DNA of 64,000 nt, from contig OY253677.1 in assembly GCA_958009085.1 (NCBI GenBank), positions 558,001 through 622,000 on the forward strand, read 5' to 3'. The notes beneath the pieces were generated by a model. It was not told the DNA's origin and made no database searches. It saw only the letters and a list, made by a program, of their open reading frames with translations. Every line of letters begins with the position of its first letter. The stretch's first letter is position 1. A program made the position numbers and the translations under genes. Below, one piece after another: positions 51,369 through 64,000 of this stretch. Source of the DNA: Protoeuglena noctilucae (taxonomy: Eukaryota).

Positions 51369-52240
51369 TCACTCGGTCCCCTTGGGCTCCGCCCATCGCG
51401 CCAGTCGCTCCCAGAGCGCCTGGGCTCGCAGCAGCTCCGGCGGGGCGTACCTCGGGTCCGTCGCGCTGCGCAGGGGCTGGTTTAGGGCGTCGCCGGGGAC
51501 GAAGGAGCGCGGGCGCTTGCCGAGGAAGGGCTTGGGCCAGTGCTCGGGGATGCCGTCCTCAAACATCCACCCGGCGGACGTCAGCGAATCGGCTTTCTTG
51601 CCGGGCGCCGGGGGCGGCGGCACGCGGCGAGGCAGGCCCTCCCAGCACGCGGCATCGTCTTGGAAGTACATGTGCCGCCGCGAGCCCGGAGCGGGGCTCA
51701 GGGACCACGCCGCGCCGGTCGGATCCGGATCCCGCAAAAACGTCTCCTCGACGGCGCATTTGGGGCACGGCACGGCGCCCGCGCCGACGCAGGTGCGGCA
51801 GCGTGCCATGCCGACAAAGAAGGCCCGGCCGGCGCCTCCAGGGGCCGTCTGCACGAATCCTTCGCCCTCGCAATCAGGGCACCGAAGCACTCCCTGCGAG
51901 TGAGGGGAAGCGGGGGCTTGCCGGCGCGACAATTGTCCTGCGCAGCTCTCGTGGCAAATAGGCTGCCGCGCCGTACCTGGCCGTACTGGCAAGACGTGCA
52001 CCATCGCGGCTGGTGGCCATTGAGCTTGATCCCCCTCCGAGCGATCTCCAGCAGCTGCTGCCCCGGCTTCAGGGCGCGGAAAGTCGGGTCTGTGTAGTCC
52101 ACGCCACCCGCGTTCACCAGGTCCGGCGTTTCCGCAAAGTAAGGGTGGCGGGCACGGCAAAGAGTTTTGATGCAACTAGAGGAGGCGCAGTTGCGACGCG
52201 GGAGCCCCGCCCCTGCCACCCGCGACCCAGCAAGAGACAT
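51369..52240 (-). CDS. DnaJ/Hsp40 cysteine-rich zinc-finger domain protein without a J domain
   Basis: CTSCQYGQ|GVLRCPDCEGEG...CRTCVGAGAVPCPKC (CxxCxGxG repeats); transit-peptide-like N-terminus. Confidence 0.7.
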
Positions 52241-52505
52241 CCCGGCGCCCCCAGCGGGGCGCGGGGCCCGCGAGGCTCGCTTCGGATCGCCAACTGCGCC
52301 GCGGTGGGCCAGCATCGCCCGCTAAACGGTGCCCGGCGCAACAGCCCCTCCGACACGGGGACCCCGCGCATTTCGTGCCGCACTGCCGCACCCTCACGAC
52401 ATCGCGATACAACATGTCACCACGTTCGCATTCAAACACACGGCGACGGTCGTCGCACGCCTGCTAGCGCACAGGCGCGCTGGAAAGGGAGCAGGCCCCC
52501 GCGCC

Positions 52506-53226
52506 TCACGACCGGCCCCGCCCGCGGCCCCGGAAGCCCCCTCCTCCTCCCCTCCCTCCGCCGAACCCACGCCCGCCACCCCCGCGGCCGCCCCCACCTC
52601 CACGCCCGAACCCCCCGCGCCCGAAGCCCCCGCCTCCGCCCCCGCGTCCCCCCCTTCCAAAGCCCCCCCGGCCCCCGCCCCGGCCGCCGCCGCGGCCCCC
52701 GCCGCGCCCGCCCGCGGAGGGGGCGCCCTTGGGCCTCGGCAAGAAGCGCTCCAGCGGCAGCAGCTTGTTCGGGTCGATGTGGAACTTGTCACCCGACGCG
52801 TACGACACGGCCTGGATGCCCTCGGCCATCTTGATGGTGAACATGGCCGCGTTGATGGGCCCGAAAATCTCATCGACCTTACCGATCTGCGGGCGGGGCG
52901 CGGCAGGGCCAGGCGCGTCGCGGGCGGCGAGGACAGCGCGCGGCGGCGCAGCGGCGTTGCCGCCCCCGCCCAGGCCCGGGGCGCACCTGGGTCTTGTTCT
53001 CGAGGAAGATTGGAGCGTTGAAATAGGGGACCTTCTCGTTCGTGAGCTTGCAGACGGCCTCGCCCTCGCAGGCGTGCGAAAAGATGCCGACCTCGACCAC
53101 CTCCTCGGGCGGGCCCTCGGGCTCGCGATGGAAGCCCCGGCCCCCGCCACCGCGCCCGAAGCCTCCGCGCCCGAAGCCGCGGCCCCCGCCGCGGCCGCCG
53201 CCGCGGCCGCCGCCGCGGAACGACAT
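52506..53226 (-). CDS. GAR1: H/ACA snoRNP subunit Gar1, 2 coding exons
   Basis: RGG tails flank [54 protein letters not shown]. Confidence 0.97.
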
Positions 53227-53963
53227 CTGGGGGCACGACGGCGCCGACCTGTGTGTTTGCACGTACCCGCGCGAGGCGGCGGGCCGGTAGCCGGCGCAGT
53301 GCGATCCCGCTACTAGCAGAGCGCAGAACGCCGCCAACTCAGGGCCGCTGCAAGGTGCCTGCCGAGAGGCAGCCCCATAAGAAAAGGGGACGGCTCACCG
53401 AAGGCACTCCCTCGCGGACCAGAGAACGGCCGACTTACTCAAGCAAATCGGGACCTCTTGACGCAATAAGCCTCGCCGTTGCTCTCCTCAGGAGCCGTGA
53501 ACAAGTCAAAGGTCATCCCGCGCGACAGAGCGACTCTGGGCGGACTTCTGGCCAGTTCTGCAGTCGAGAACGGCAGCTCGTCACGGTCAATCGCAGCGAC
53601 GGACCGTTTCCCCGTTGCCAGTGACCTACCTGTAAGGCCCCGCGGACCGCGGGCCCGTCCGGCCAGCGGGGTGCCGATCTCCCGCATTCCAACGACCCTC
53701 GCCGCCCAGATCGTCGTCGCGGCAGTCCGTGCGAGCCAGGAAGTCACAGGGTTTTTTTCTGGATTGCAGCAACCCCCCGCTCGTGGCGCGCCGTCGCTCG
53801 CCCAGCGACGAGATCAACTGCCAGCGTCTGGGGTGGCATCCTCCGAGCGGGGTCCACCGCCTGGGCAAGCCCCCCGTCCCCGGGTGTGTGGGGTTGGGTT
53901 AAGGGCGGCTCTCGTGGCCGGTCCCGGCTAGATCCCTTCCAGGAGGAGCGGACGCCGACGAAG

Positions 53964-56900
53964 ATGAGGATGTTTAGCGAGCAAGCCCGGCGCGCACGCG
54001 ACCGGGGCTGGGCCTGGGTCCTCGCGGCGGTCGCGGTCGCCGCGCTCGTCCTACCCTGGGCCGCGCGACCATCGAGCTGCCAGGCGGACTTGAACACGAG
54101 CACGATCGACCCTCAGATCTTGAGGGACAACCAAGCGGACGCGAGCAACCAATCCGTCGGTGAGTCCGCCGCAGGCAATGCGGCGCGCATCTGGGGGCCC
54201 TCCCGCGCGCCCCGCAGTCGTAACACCGGCCTTGCGGCTTCTCGCGAGTGCGTATCGATCGTTTCGATGCTTCCGCAGGCATCGTCTGGGCGATGGAGTT
54301 CCTGAACAACGGGCAGGCGGACGAGGTGGTCTTGACCCTGATGACCGGCAAGCGGGTGCGTTTGGCCGCGCCGCCCGCCCTCGCGCGACCGCGGCAGGCA
54401 CCATTGAGATCCAATCTACGTCCGCGAGCGCAGGACGAGCCCGGCGGGCGTCTGTGGCGGTCCGCCCAGAACGGCGCCCCGGGCACGTGGCGCGACATCA
54501 CGGCTTTGCTCGACGGGGCCCTCTCGGCGGATCCCAAGGATCCCAAGGGCATTTACGAGCTCGTCCCGCACCAGAGAGACAGCAACCGCATCATCGCCCG
54601 CGGCATCGACGCTAGGTATTGGGTGTCGGACGACGCGGGCGCTTCTTGGACCAGCCACCGCCTCCCCGAGCCATACACGAACCTCGGGTGAGGCCGCGGG
54701 ACCCCAAACATGCTTTGATTTCTTCCTCCCTTGCCTGCGCGGTCCTTGCCTGTGCCATTCATCATGCGCGATGCGACGCGAGGCGTGACAGGTCGTCCGC
54801 GCCTCGCCGCCGCTCGCAGGGGCGAGATCTACGCGCACCCGTACAACCCGAACATGGTGGCGATGCTGGCGCGGCGGCGGGACTGCGCGGGCGCGGGCCA
54901 GCCGGAGCAGAAGTGCCCGCACACGCTATTGGTGCACGAGAACTTCGGTCACGACGACACGCAGTGGAGGGACCTGGTGGCCCTGTCGGACGAACGCATC
55001 TTCGGATTCCTGCAGTTTGAGTGGGGCGCGCTCACCGTGCAGCACGCGAGCGACCCCTCCCAGCTGGCCCAGAACCGGCGCATCCTCGCCACCGTCATCG
55101 TCCGCAAGGCCGACAAGGCGGCGGGTTCGAAACTCGACCCGGACGAGATCCAGTTCGTCGCGTCGGACAACTACTTCGACGACCCGCACGAGCTCCTGCT
55201 GCCGTGCGTGACGCAGTTCGTGGTGGTGGACGATAACATCGCGGTCGCTGTGCCGGCCCAGTGCGCCCCCGACGATGCCGCTGCGCTTGACAAACACCAC
55301 AAGCATCCGATCGAGCCCGGTGCCGCCGTGCGCAATCTGGTGCTTTTCGTTTCCGAGGACGAGGGCCGCACGTTCCAAGAGGCGTGTATTCCTTCGATGG
55401 ACATGGACATGATGTTCGCGCTTTACGACCTCGAGGGGCTGGGGGGGACCTACGCGGGGCTCATGCTCGTCACAGGTGAGGGGTGGGGGGGATGGGTTGG
55501 GTGGGTGGGTAGTGCAGGGGGGATGGGGGTGGTGGAGTGCAGGGGGGATGGGGGTAGTGCGGGGCAGGTGGGGGTGGTGCAGGGCGGGTCTGTCGATGCG
55601 GTGAGGGTGGGATGGGGGTAGTGCAGCTCTTACTTGCTGACCCTCATCTCAAATGACCCCTCCCTATGACCCCTCTTAGTAAACCCCTCTCTCCCCAGAC
55701 CACGACGAGGAGGACGACGTGCTCGCCTCGGCTCCCATCGGCAACGCGTACGTCTCCGGCCCCGCCATGGCCGTCCTCAGCAACGCGCTGCGGGGGGTGT
55801 TCTGGGAACAGCCCATCTTCGGGTTCCGCGTCACGCCGGACCTGACGCCCGTGGCCGGGTTCCCGGGCACCCTCATCGTCAACGCCAAACCTCCGGAGGT
55901 GAGGGGGGGGTGGTAGCGGGAGTGAATGTGAAAAAAAGAGTGTTGTTTGATGTGGATAGTGGGTTCTTGAGGACCCTCATCGTCAACGCCATCCCGCCCG
56001 AGGTGAGGGGGGTGATGGGTGGAGGGGTAAGCAATAATGGAGGCGATGGGTGCGGGGTTCACAAACGCTCACGTAAGCAAAGTCATGTACCAATCCATCA
56101 ACCACACCCCCATAACACCATCACCACGCATCCATCGCCACTGCATCCACCTCACCGCCTCCACCCCACCCACGCCCCCCACGCCCCTGCCCCCCACCGC
56201 CTGCACCCACCACCCCCACCCCACCCACCCCAACTCCCCACCCCTCCCCCCAGATCCTAGACAACAACACGGACGGCAACAACTTCGCAGAGTATATCCA
56301 GACGTGGCACACGACCAGCTCCGGCGCCGTATGGACCCCTTTGTCCATCGGCGAACACGCCGTGCCCACCTCCCACGACGCCAGCTGCAACCGCTGCCCC
56401 ATCGGCGCCGACGGGTGCTCGTTGCATCTCCACTCCAGCAGCGGGTGGTTCTTCGCCGATCACCCGCCCCTCTACGCCCACCCCGGCGCCCCGGGGCTCG
56501 TCATGGGGACCGGCAACTACGGCGACTATCTCGATTATTCCCACGACGCCGTTTGCACGTATTTGTCCAGAGATGGGGGCATCACGTGGGAGGACGTGCG
56601 CGTGGGGTCTTGGATTTACGAGTACGGGGACCACGGGGGCGTGATTGTGATGGGCCGGCACCAGTCGATCGGTCCCGCCGACCAGCTCCACTTCTCCCTC
56701 GATTACGGCCGCACATGGAACGCCGTCGAGCTCACCACGGCGTTCAATTTGGACAATATTCGGCTCGAGCTGGGCGGGCGCGGGTCCCTGTTCATCGCCT
56801 ACGGCACCACGTGCACGCCAGACGACAGCGTGCCGCAGTCGCAGGCGAGGGGGTGGTGGGGTGGGGGGTTGTTGAGGGATTGAGTTACTTATATGGGTGA

Positions 56901-58628
56901 TTTCTATCAGAGTCGCAGGCGAGGGGGTGGGGGTGCGAGGGGGAAGGTTGTTGACCGATTGCAGTCCCTGACAGCTGTGGAGGGTTGTATTTCGATGGCA
57001 GATATGCCCTGTGCTTTTATCTCTGAGACAAGCGACCTCTGTAACGCTCTGCGTCCCTGCCCTCTCACCCCCAGACGTGCACCGACACGGGCAACTACCC
57101 CCCCACCACCGTCATCTACGCCCTGGACATGGACCAGATGCTGAGTGAGTGCAGTGACTGATTGCTCGATCGTTCTGCTCATCGCGACTTATTGCCACCC
57201 CCAACCCCACCACACCAACCCCACCCCCATACTTACCCCCAACCCCCCCCCCCCCCCCCTTACAGAGAACTGGACCCCCTGCCTGGATTCCGACTACGAG
57301 ATGTGGACGATGCCCAAGACCTACACCAACGACGACGGATGCCTATTGGGCGCCAAGTACGCGTTTCACCGTCGGGCCGAGGAGGCCTGCTGCCAGAACA
57401 CCTTCGACTTCAAAAGAGATAATCACATTCAAGGGAAGTGCCGGTGTTCGAAGCTGGACCTCGAGTGCGACTTCGGGGCCTACATGGTGTTCAACCACAC
57501 GATGGGGTGGCCCGAGGGGCTGTACTGCAGGGACGACGCGCAGGTGAACAAGAGAGGGGTGTTGATTGGGGGCGGATGTTGATTGAGAAGTAGTAGTAAT
57601 GAGTAATTATTGCTGGTTCTCAACTGGTGAGGGGAGGGGAGGGGAGGGATGGGTGCTGTGTTGTGATGGGAGGGGCTGTGCTGTTGGGGCGACGCGCAGG
57701 CGAGAGATGAAGGGGGGTGGTGGTTAGATGGGTGTTAGATGGGTGAGTGCTGTGATGGATCTGTACTGCAGGCGAGAGTCACAGTGCTCATTGCGGGGTT
57801 CAATGGGGCCACTGTGTGCACATGGCATCGCCGATCGTAACCCCTCCCCACCCTCCCCCCCAGATCCCCTCCTCCTGGTGCCCCAGCATCACCAACAACC
57901 AGTACCACACCTCCCGCACCATGCTGCGACTGGTGGCGGGAGACATTTGCGACGAAGCCACCCTCCCCGATTACATCGACGATACCGACGGAAAGGGCAA
58001 CGTATTACCACCCCACAAGGGCGGCAGGGGCGGCGGCGGGGGCGGCAGCGCAGTCGCCGCCTTCTTCCGATTCCTATTCATCCTGTTACTAGTCCTAGGC
58101 CTATTGGCAGCCGCCGCGTTCGCCGTCGTCCGCATCGGCCCCACCGCGATCGTCGACCGAACCCTCGCCGCCCTCTCGGCTGCCAAGGCCGTCGTGCTCT
58201 CTGCTTTCGCGTCGCTGCGGGGGTCCGCGGCCCCGCGCAGGCGCTCCCCGGGGTACTACACCCGCGGGCTGGAGCCCCTGGGGCCGGACGACGACTTTGC
58301 GGGTGCGGGGACCTACCAGCCCATGCCGGCCGGACCTGTGGCTTATGGTGGCGCCCCGGCCAGGGCTATGGGGTCCGCGGGGGCGTTTGGGGGCGGGTTC
58401 GGGTCGAGCGGGTACGCGGGCAGCACGGGGAACGTGAGCAACGCGGGGTATGCTGCGGGGTTGGCGCCGACGGGGCCACCACCGCCGTTGGCGGGACCAC
58501 CTTTGGGGGCGAGGGCGGGGCAGGGGGGGCAGGGTGGAGGGTACGTGCCCCCGCTGGCGAGCCAGGCGAATGAGGGGGACGCGGAGGACGGGCAGCTGCT
58601 GCGGAGGGGGCCGAACAGCGGGGAATGA
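53964..58628 (+). CDS. VPS10: VPS10/sortilin-family sorting receptor, multi-exon
   Basis: Signal peptide; Asp-box repeats SDDAGASW, SEDEGRTF, SRDGGITW, SLDYGRTW; 10CC region CLDSDYEMW..CLLG..CSKLDLECDFG; TM helix and cytosolic tail. Confidence 0.9.
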
Positions 58629-59135
58629 GGGGGCGGGGCGGTGGCAGTAGAAGGGGGCGGGGTGGTGTGGACTGGAAAGGGTGGCAAGCTGTACCGACTG
58701 TGGGAGCTGGTATGAGCGCGAGAAAGGCGATGGATAGCAGATGATACGTGATGTGAGTTCCTCCCAGCGTGTATTGGGATGCGCGCGATGTGCCTTTATC
58801 TATGCAGCGGTGGGTTGAGGGCCGTAGGGGCACACGTGCGCGTGCACGGCAGGACCGTGTTTGGCAGAACACTTGGCACGAACAACACGAGAGTTTTTTT
58901 CCCTTTTGAATGATGAGGCATGTGCGAGGCATCGTGCTGTGTGAGGGTCACTGTATGCAGCGCTGTGGCGCAGCCCACACCTGTTCTGACTCAGTCAAAC
59001 GAGGCAATGCACTGAGTCCATGCATGGCCCAACAACGTCTGTCACTTCTCCCATGCCGAGGTCATCTCGGTGCCATGTGACGCGCCTGGTTCAAAACAAG
59101 TTTTACAACCACACTAACAACTCAGACGACCCTCC

Positions 59136-61075
59136 TCAGTTCTCCCATATCGAGATCATCTCGGTGCCCCGCGCCCCCCGCGGCTTGGCGCTGAAGTCCT
59201 CCCGGGGCAGTAAGTCGCACTGCGCCACGTGGCGCATCAGGTGGTCCGCCAGGGTGAGGGCCACCATGGCCTCCACTGCGAGGGGAGGGGAGAGTGACGA
59301 GAGGTGAGATGAGGGAGTGGAGCTGTCATGATGGCATGATTACAACTGGCCTGGTCGGCCAGGGTGAGGGCCACCATGGGCGCCACGCACGCATCGCCTT
59401 CCACTCTTTGCATGCCCTCACCCATCGGCACAGCCCTGGGCACGACGCAGGGGTCGTGCCGCCCCCTCGCGCGCAGCTCCACCTCCTCCCCGTCGCGCGT
59501 GACCGTCTGCTGCGCCTTGCCGATGGTCGACGTCGGCTTGAACGCCACCCGGATGACAATGTCCTCGCCGTTGCTGATGCCGCCCTGCACGCCCCCGCTG
59601 CGGTTCGCCGTCGTGCGCACGCGGCCATCCACAATGCGGAAAGGGTCGTTGTGCTCGGACCCCAGCATCTCTGCCCCCTTGAACCCAGAGCCGATCTCGA
59701 AGCCCTTGGTCGCCGGCTGCGGCGCGGGACGGGTTGCAATATGTAAATGGCAGGTCACAAATGCGGAATATGCAGCGCGGCGGTGTCGTGCAGGTGCATA
59801 TGAGGTGGATGGGGCAGCTGCAGCACCGGCAGCAGCAGCACCAATCCTGGTGCTGCGCCCCGCTCACCAGCGACAGCATGGCCTTGGCCAGATCGGCCTC
59901 GAGCTTGTCGAACACGGGCGCGCCGAGCCCCGCGGGGACGTTGCGCACCACGCACGTCACCTCCCCGCCACACGACTCGCCCCGCTTGCGCACCTCGTCG
60001 ATGCAGTCGTACATGCGCTGCGCCGCCTCCGAGTCTGCGCGCGGCGAGTTGTCACAAACTTCTCGCATGCGTCGGCGCTGTCGTCACGCCGCAGAGACGG
60101 CGCACAAAGCGTCGCGAACTCACCCGGGCAGCGGACGGCGTTGCTCTCGACCTCCTCGAGGGTGAACTTGGCCAGGTCGACGTTGCTGGATATATCGCGG
60201 ACCTTGTTGACGAACGCGAGGACCTCGGTGCCGTGCAGCTGGCGCAGCAGCAGCTTGGCCACCGCGCCCGCCGCCACGCGGCCAATCGTCTCGCGGGCCG
60301 ACGAGCGCCCGCCGCCCGCGACGGCGCGGATGCCGTACTTGAAGTCGTAGGTCGCGTCCGCGTGCGACGGGCGGTACGCCACCTGCATCTCCGAGTAGTC
60401 CTGGCTCTTCTGGTCCTTGTTGCGCACGAGCACCGCGATGGGCGTGCCGAGCGTGACGCCGTCGATGACGCCCGAGAGGATCTCGCACTTGTCCTCCTCC
60501 TTGCGCGGCGTCGTGATCACCAACTGCCCGGGCCGTCGGCGGTCCAGGTCGACCTGGATGTCCTCCTCCGTCAGCCGCATCCGCGGCGGCACCCCGTCAA
60601 TCACGCAGCCCACGCCCTTGCCGTGAGACTCGCCGAACGTAGTCACCCTGCGGACGCAACCGCCGGAGGGGAGCGCGTCGCGGGGCGGGGGCAGGCGGGC
60701 GCGGGGTCCGTTGGATCACGTCGAAAGGCACGACGTGGCTCGGCTGCGACAATCCCGAGCCCCGCGGTGGAAGCCCGAAGGCCCATTGTGTGCCACGCTG
60801 GAATTACACTCGCGGTGGGCGCACAGGGCGGCCTGCCTTGTCACCGGTCGTCAGGCAGAGGCCGAGCGACGCGGGTGGGCCGCCGCAGATCGCGCAGGCG
60901 AGCGGCGAGGTCCGTTTCTCGGCGCACCCGCATCCTCAGCTGCCATGGACGATTGTCACCTGAACAAGTGGCCGTACGTGTTGCCGGCGCGCGCCACGAC
61001 CCCCCTCCGGCCCCCCGCTTGCCCATGGCCCACCCCCGCCTGTGCGCGCGAGCCCGCGGGCAAGGCGGCCCTCAT
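59136..61075 (-). CDS. aroC: Chorismate synthase, plastid-targeted, multi-exon
   Basis: [63 protein letters not shown]. Confidence 0.97.
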
Positions 61076-61469
61076 ATGCAACCCCCACTGCACAAGCGCA
61101 GGTAGCGCTGACCAGATGTCGCAAGCCTTGCTCGGCGCCGGAACGACTAGGTTGTAGCGTGCTAAATGCGCAGGTTTTCGAGCGATGCACGTATAGCGAC
61201 GGAAGGCTCGCGGAGTGATGCGGATTATGCAGCGATGGCGGGTGGAGAAACGTAGTTGACTGCGCGTGTGGCCTGTTCTCGCGCCAGTTGCGCGCCGGTC
61301 CACGCCGGGGCTGCGCACCCGGCCACCACTCGGCGACCGGTGCCTCGGCGATGCGCGTGGCGTGACCACTGAATCGCACGGCGAGAGCTCCAAACCCCTT
61401 GTTCAACAGCAGCGGCGGCGCAAGAGCAGCGGGCGTGCCGACCACCCCAGCGCCGCGGCGCGCGTTGTC

Positions 61470-62140
61470 TTAGCCGAACAGGTCCAGGCCCATCTCCTCC
61501 TCCTCGGACTCGGGCTCGGGCGCCTTCTCCTCCTTGGCGGGAGCGCCACCGGCCGCAGCGCCACCTGCGGGCGTGAACGCAGGGGATGCGAATGACACGG
61601 CGGATCCCGAGGCTCAACGAGGGAACACCCGCGCGCCATGACCTCTACACAGAACACCGCTGCGCGGCATGGCGCCCCACGGTCGAGCGCGGCGGCACAG
61701 CAGCTGCGGCGGCAGCCACGCACCAGCGGGGGCCCCAGCAGCGACGGCGACGGGCGCGCCGGCGCCGACGTTGGTGATGAGGTCACCAATGTCCTTCTTG
61801 GCCAGGACCTTGGCGAAGAGCGAGGGCCAGTAGGGCTCCACGGTGATCTTGGCCGCCTTGAGGATGGCCTCGATCTTGTCAGCCTGCGAGGGGCGCAGCG
61901 CCGCGTCGAGATTCATCAGAATCTCCACGCCGCGAGCGGCGCCATGCACTGGAGGCCTGGGCGGCTGGCGGCGCGGGGAGCGCCACCCCCGCGCCCCGTC
62001 CGCCTCCGCCGGCCACCGCCGAGCCCCACCGGCGCGCGTGCAGATACAGGACCCGATCCCGCTTCACTCACCGTCACCTCCACGCCATCGTCGTGGAGGA
62101 TGAGCGCGGCGTACGTGCAAGCGAGCTCCGACTGCGACAT
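61470..62140 (-). CDS. RPLP1: 60S acidic ribosomal protein P1, 3 coding exons
   Basis: [34 protein letters not shown]; Ala-rich hinge; acidic tail [10 protein letters not shown]. Confidence 0.96.
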
Positions 62141-62529
62141 CCTGCGGCGAGGAGCGGATCCCCTAGTTTAGTCAAGCAATCACTCGGCGTCCTGCCAAGG
62201 GTGGGGAGCGGGAGTCCAGCTGGACCGGAACGTCCTCCGCTGCTCACCTGAATGATATTAAGCCGGTCCGGCACAAACAGGGCTTGTCGCCACCAGGGAA
62301 GGACGTGCGGGGGTGCGCGCGAGGCCAGTTGAGCGTACCGGTTCCAGTCAGACTGGGTCAGCGTCGGACCCGCGGGGCGCCGACTCTGGAGGACCTGCGA
62401 CACGCGCGCTGGCCAATTTATCTGACCTTTCGCGTCATCGTGGCTGACGATCGGCTGCTGGGGCCTGGCATCGCGCGGGAGGGGTTCCAGACACGCATCG
62501 CGGCCCTGCGTCGGCAGGCTGCGCACACG

Positions 62530-63524
62530 ATGGCGTACCGTGGCGGCCAGCGGGGTCGGGGCAGGTCCGGCGGGCGCGGGCGGGGTGAGAGCGGGGGGGA
62601 CCTCCGTGCTCCGTGCTCCGGGCCGCTGGCGGGGCAGAGGCGGCATCCGTTTGCCCTCCTGATATCCCTGCGACGATCCTTCGGATGCGCGGGCGCGATG
62701 GGGCGGCTCCCCAGCCGTTGGCGCCAGTCGCGGAATGCCGCGCCTGTGGCGTCCCCGGCCGAGCTCGGACGGCGGAGTGCGTAGGGGACAGCGCGACGCG
62801 TGCTCCGGGCGCCGCGGCCTCGCCGACGATCGGCGCGCAACGACGGGGAGCCTCTGCACGGCGCAGGGAGACAGGTGGTGACCGTGGTGAAGGGCCGCGG
62901 GTCGGGCGGGAACGCGGGTGGCGTGAGGAAGGGAGGTAGGGGGCGCGGAGGCAGGGGCGGGCCCCGGCGGGGCAGGGGCCAAGGGCGCGGGCGGGGGGAG
63001 GACCGGCGCCCGCCGAGCACGGACAAGCTGGACGACGCGGTGAGCGCCGGGCCTCGCCGCTCCTCGTCGCCCCGCACGATGCGCGCACTCTGCGACTCTG
63101 CAAACACCCAAGTGCTCCCCGCGCCCCGCAGCTCACCTCCTACTTCGCGGGCGACGAGGAGCTCAAGGCCCACCACGAGAGCCTGCAGCAGGAGCTGAGG
63201 AAGCAGAAGGTGAGGGGCTCCGTGTGGTATTCATGATCCTTGAGTGTCTCTCCTGTGATTTCGAAGGCTTGCTGCCCACTCTTTTTTGCACTCGGAGGGG
63301 GCCGGCCCCAACACGGGCCGCACTGCCGAGGACCAGAGCTACTTTGGGGGCAGAAGAGCCGCGCAGTCCGCCGTGGGTTTGCGTCTGAGTTGGACTTCGC
63401 TGTTTCTTTGTTCACGCAGGCCCAGAAGGAGCAGTCCAAGCTCGACAAGGAGCTGGAGGGGTACTTTGGCAACGCCGATGACGAGGACGAGGAGGCTGAG
63501 GCTGAGGCCAAGGTTGAGGCGTAG
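62530..63524 (+). CDS. RGG-rich protein with a duplicated C-terminal LDxxLxxY motif (CHTOP/FoP-like), 4 exons
   Basis: MAYRGGQRGRGR...; STDKLDDA|LTSYF and SKLDKELEGYF. Confidence 0.7.
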
Positions 63525-64000
63525 GACGGAGGGAGGCCGCACATGGCGACCGCGGGCTGCGGTTTTATGACGTCTGCGCCGCGCACGCGTGATGGTTTCT
63601 GTAGTTTGTTGAGGGGGTTCTCCGCATTTTGACGTTGGCTTCGGAGCTAACGGTCAATAACAGACCTACCTTGGCAGCCGCAATGCCGAATCGTTTGGCA
63701 TTGCGCGATGTGCCTGGCGTCAGCGCCAGCCTTCGAGGTTTCTGCCAAACAAGAGGCCGGACTTCCCCGAGCCTCCGCACATACGCACTTACTCACGCAT
63801 AATTCACGTTCGTTGCATCCGCCGGACTTCACGCGGGTCTTGTAGGCCGAGGGCCGATGCTGAGCTGGAGCCGGGGCCTTTCCGACCTCTCGTCTTCCGT
63901 ACCCTTCGCCGACTTCGTCGCTGATTATGTGTTTGGGCTGACGACGACTGGACCGTCCCAGTCCCGGGCGCAGGGCGCGCCAGGGAAAGAGGGTGCGGAG

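Overview
Eukaryotic, GC-rich, gene-dense nuclear DNA, most likely from a green alga (Chlorophyta; inferred from composition, intron style and gene content). It uses the standard genetic code and spliceosomal introns, so the ORF track fragments most genes. I hand-assembled 21 multi-exon genes: GT34-like glycosyltransferase, PRP31, RPS17, CENH3, FMO, RPS9, a multi-TM protein with a degenerate class III nucleotidyl cyclase domain, ENY2, RMC1-like, an HNH-like protein, DDX10, cytochrome b561, DUF3067, nucleoside hydrolase, PSMD5, a DnaJ zinc-finger protein, GAR1, VPS10/sortilin, chorismate synthase, RPLP1 and CHTOP-like. An ~11 kb island (~40.0-51.0 kb) with no recognisable host gene holds tRNA-Gln(TTG), an intron-containing tRNA-Met(CAT), a 1191-bp near-perfect inverted duplication, LINE-like (zf-RVT) fragments pointing away from the tRNAs, and two Ty3/gypsy relics. 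Highlights: a candidate bicistronic ENY2-RMC1 locus, a membrane pseudo-cyclase, candidate tRNA-targeted retroelements, frequent GC-AG introns, and long introns with G-rich 5'/C-rich 3' polarity that carry 'echo' copies of adjacent exon ends. All calls are by-eye motif recognition; no searches were run and some start codons are approximate.
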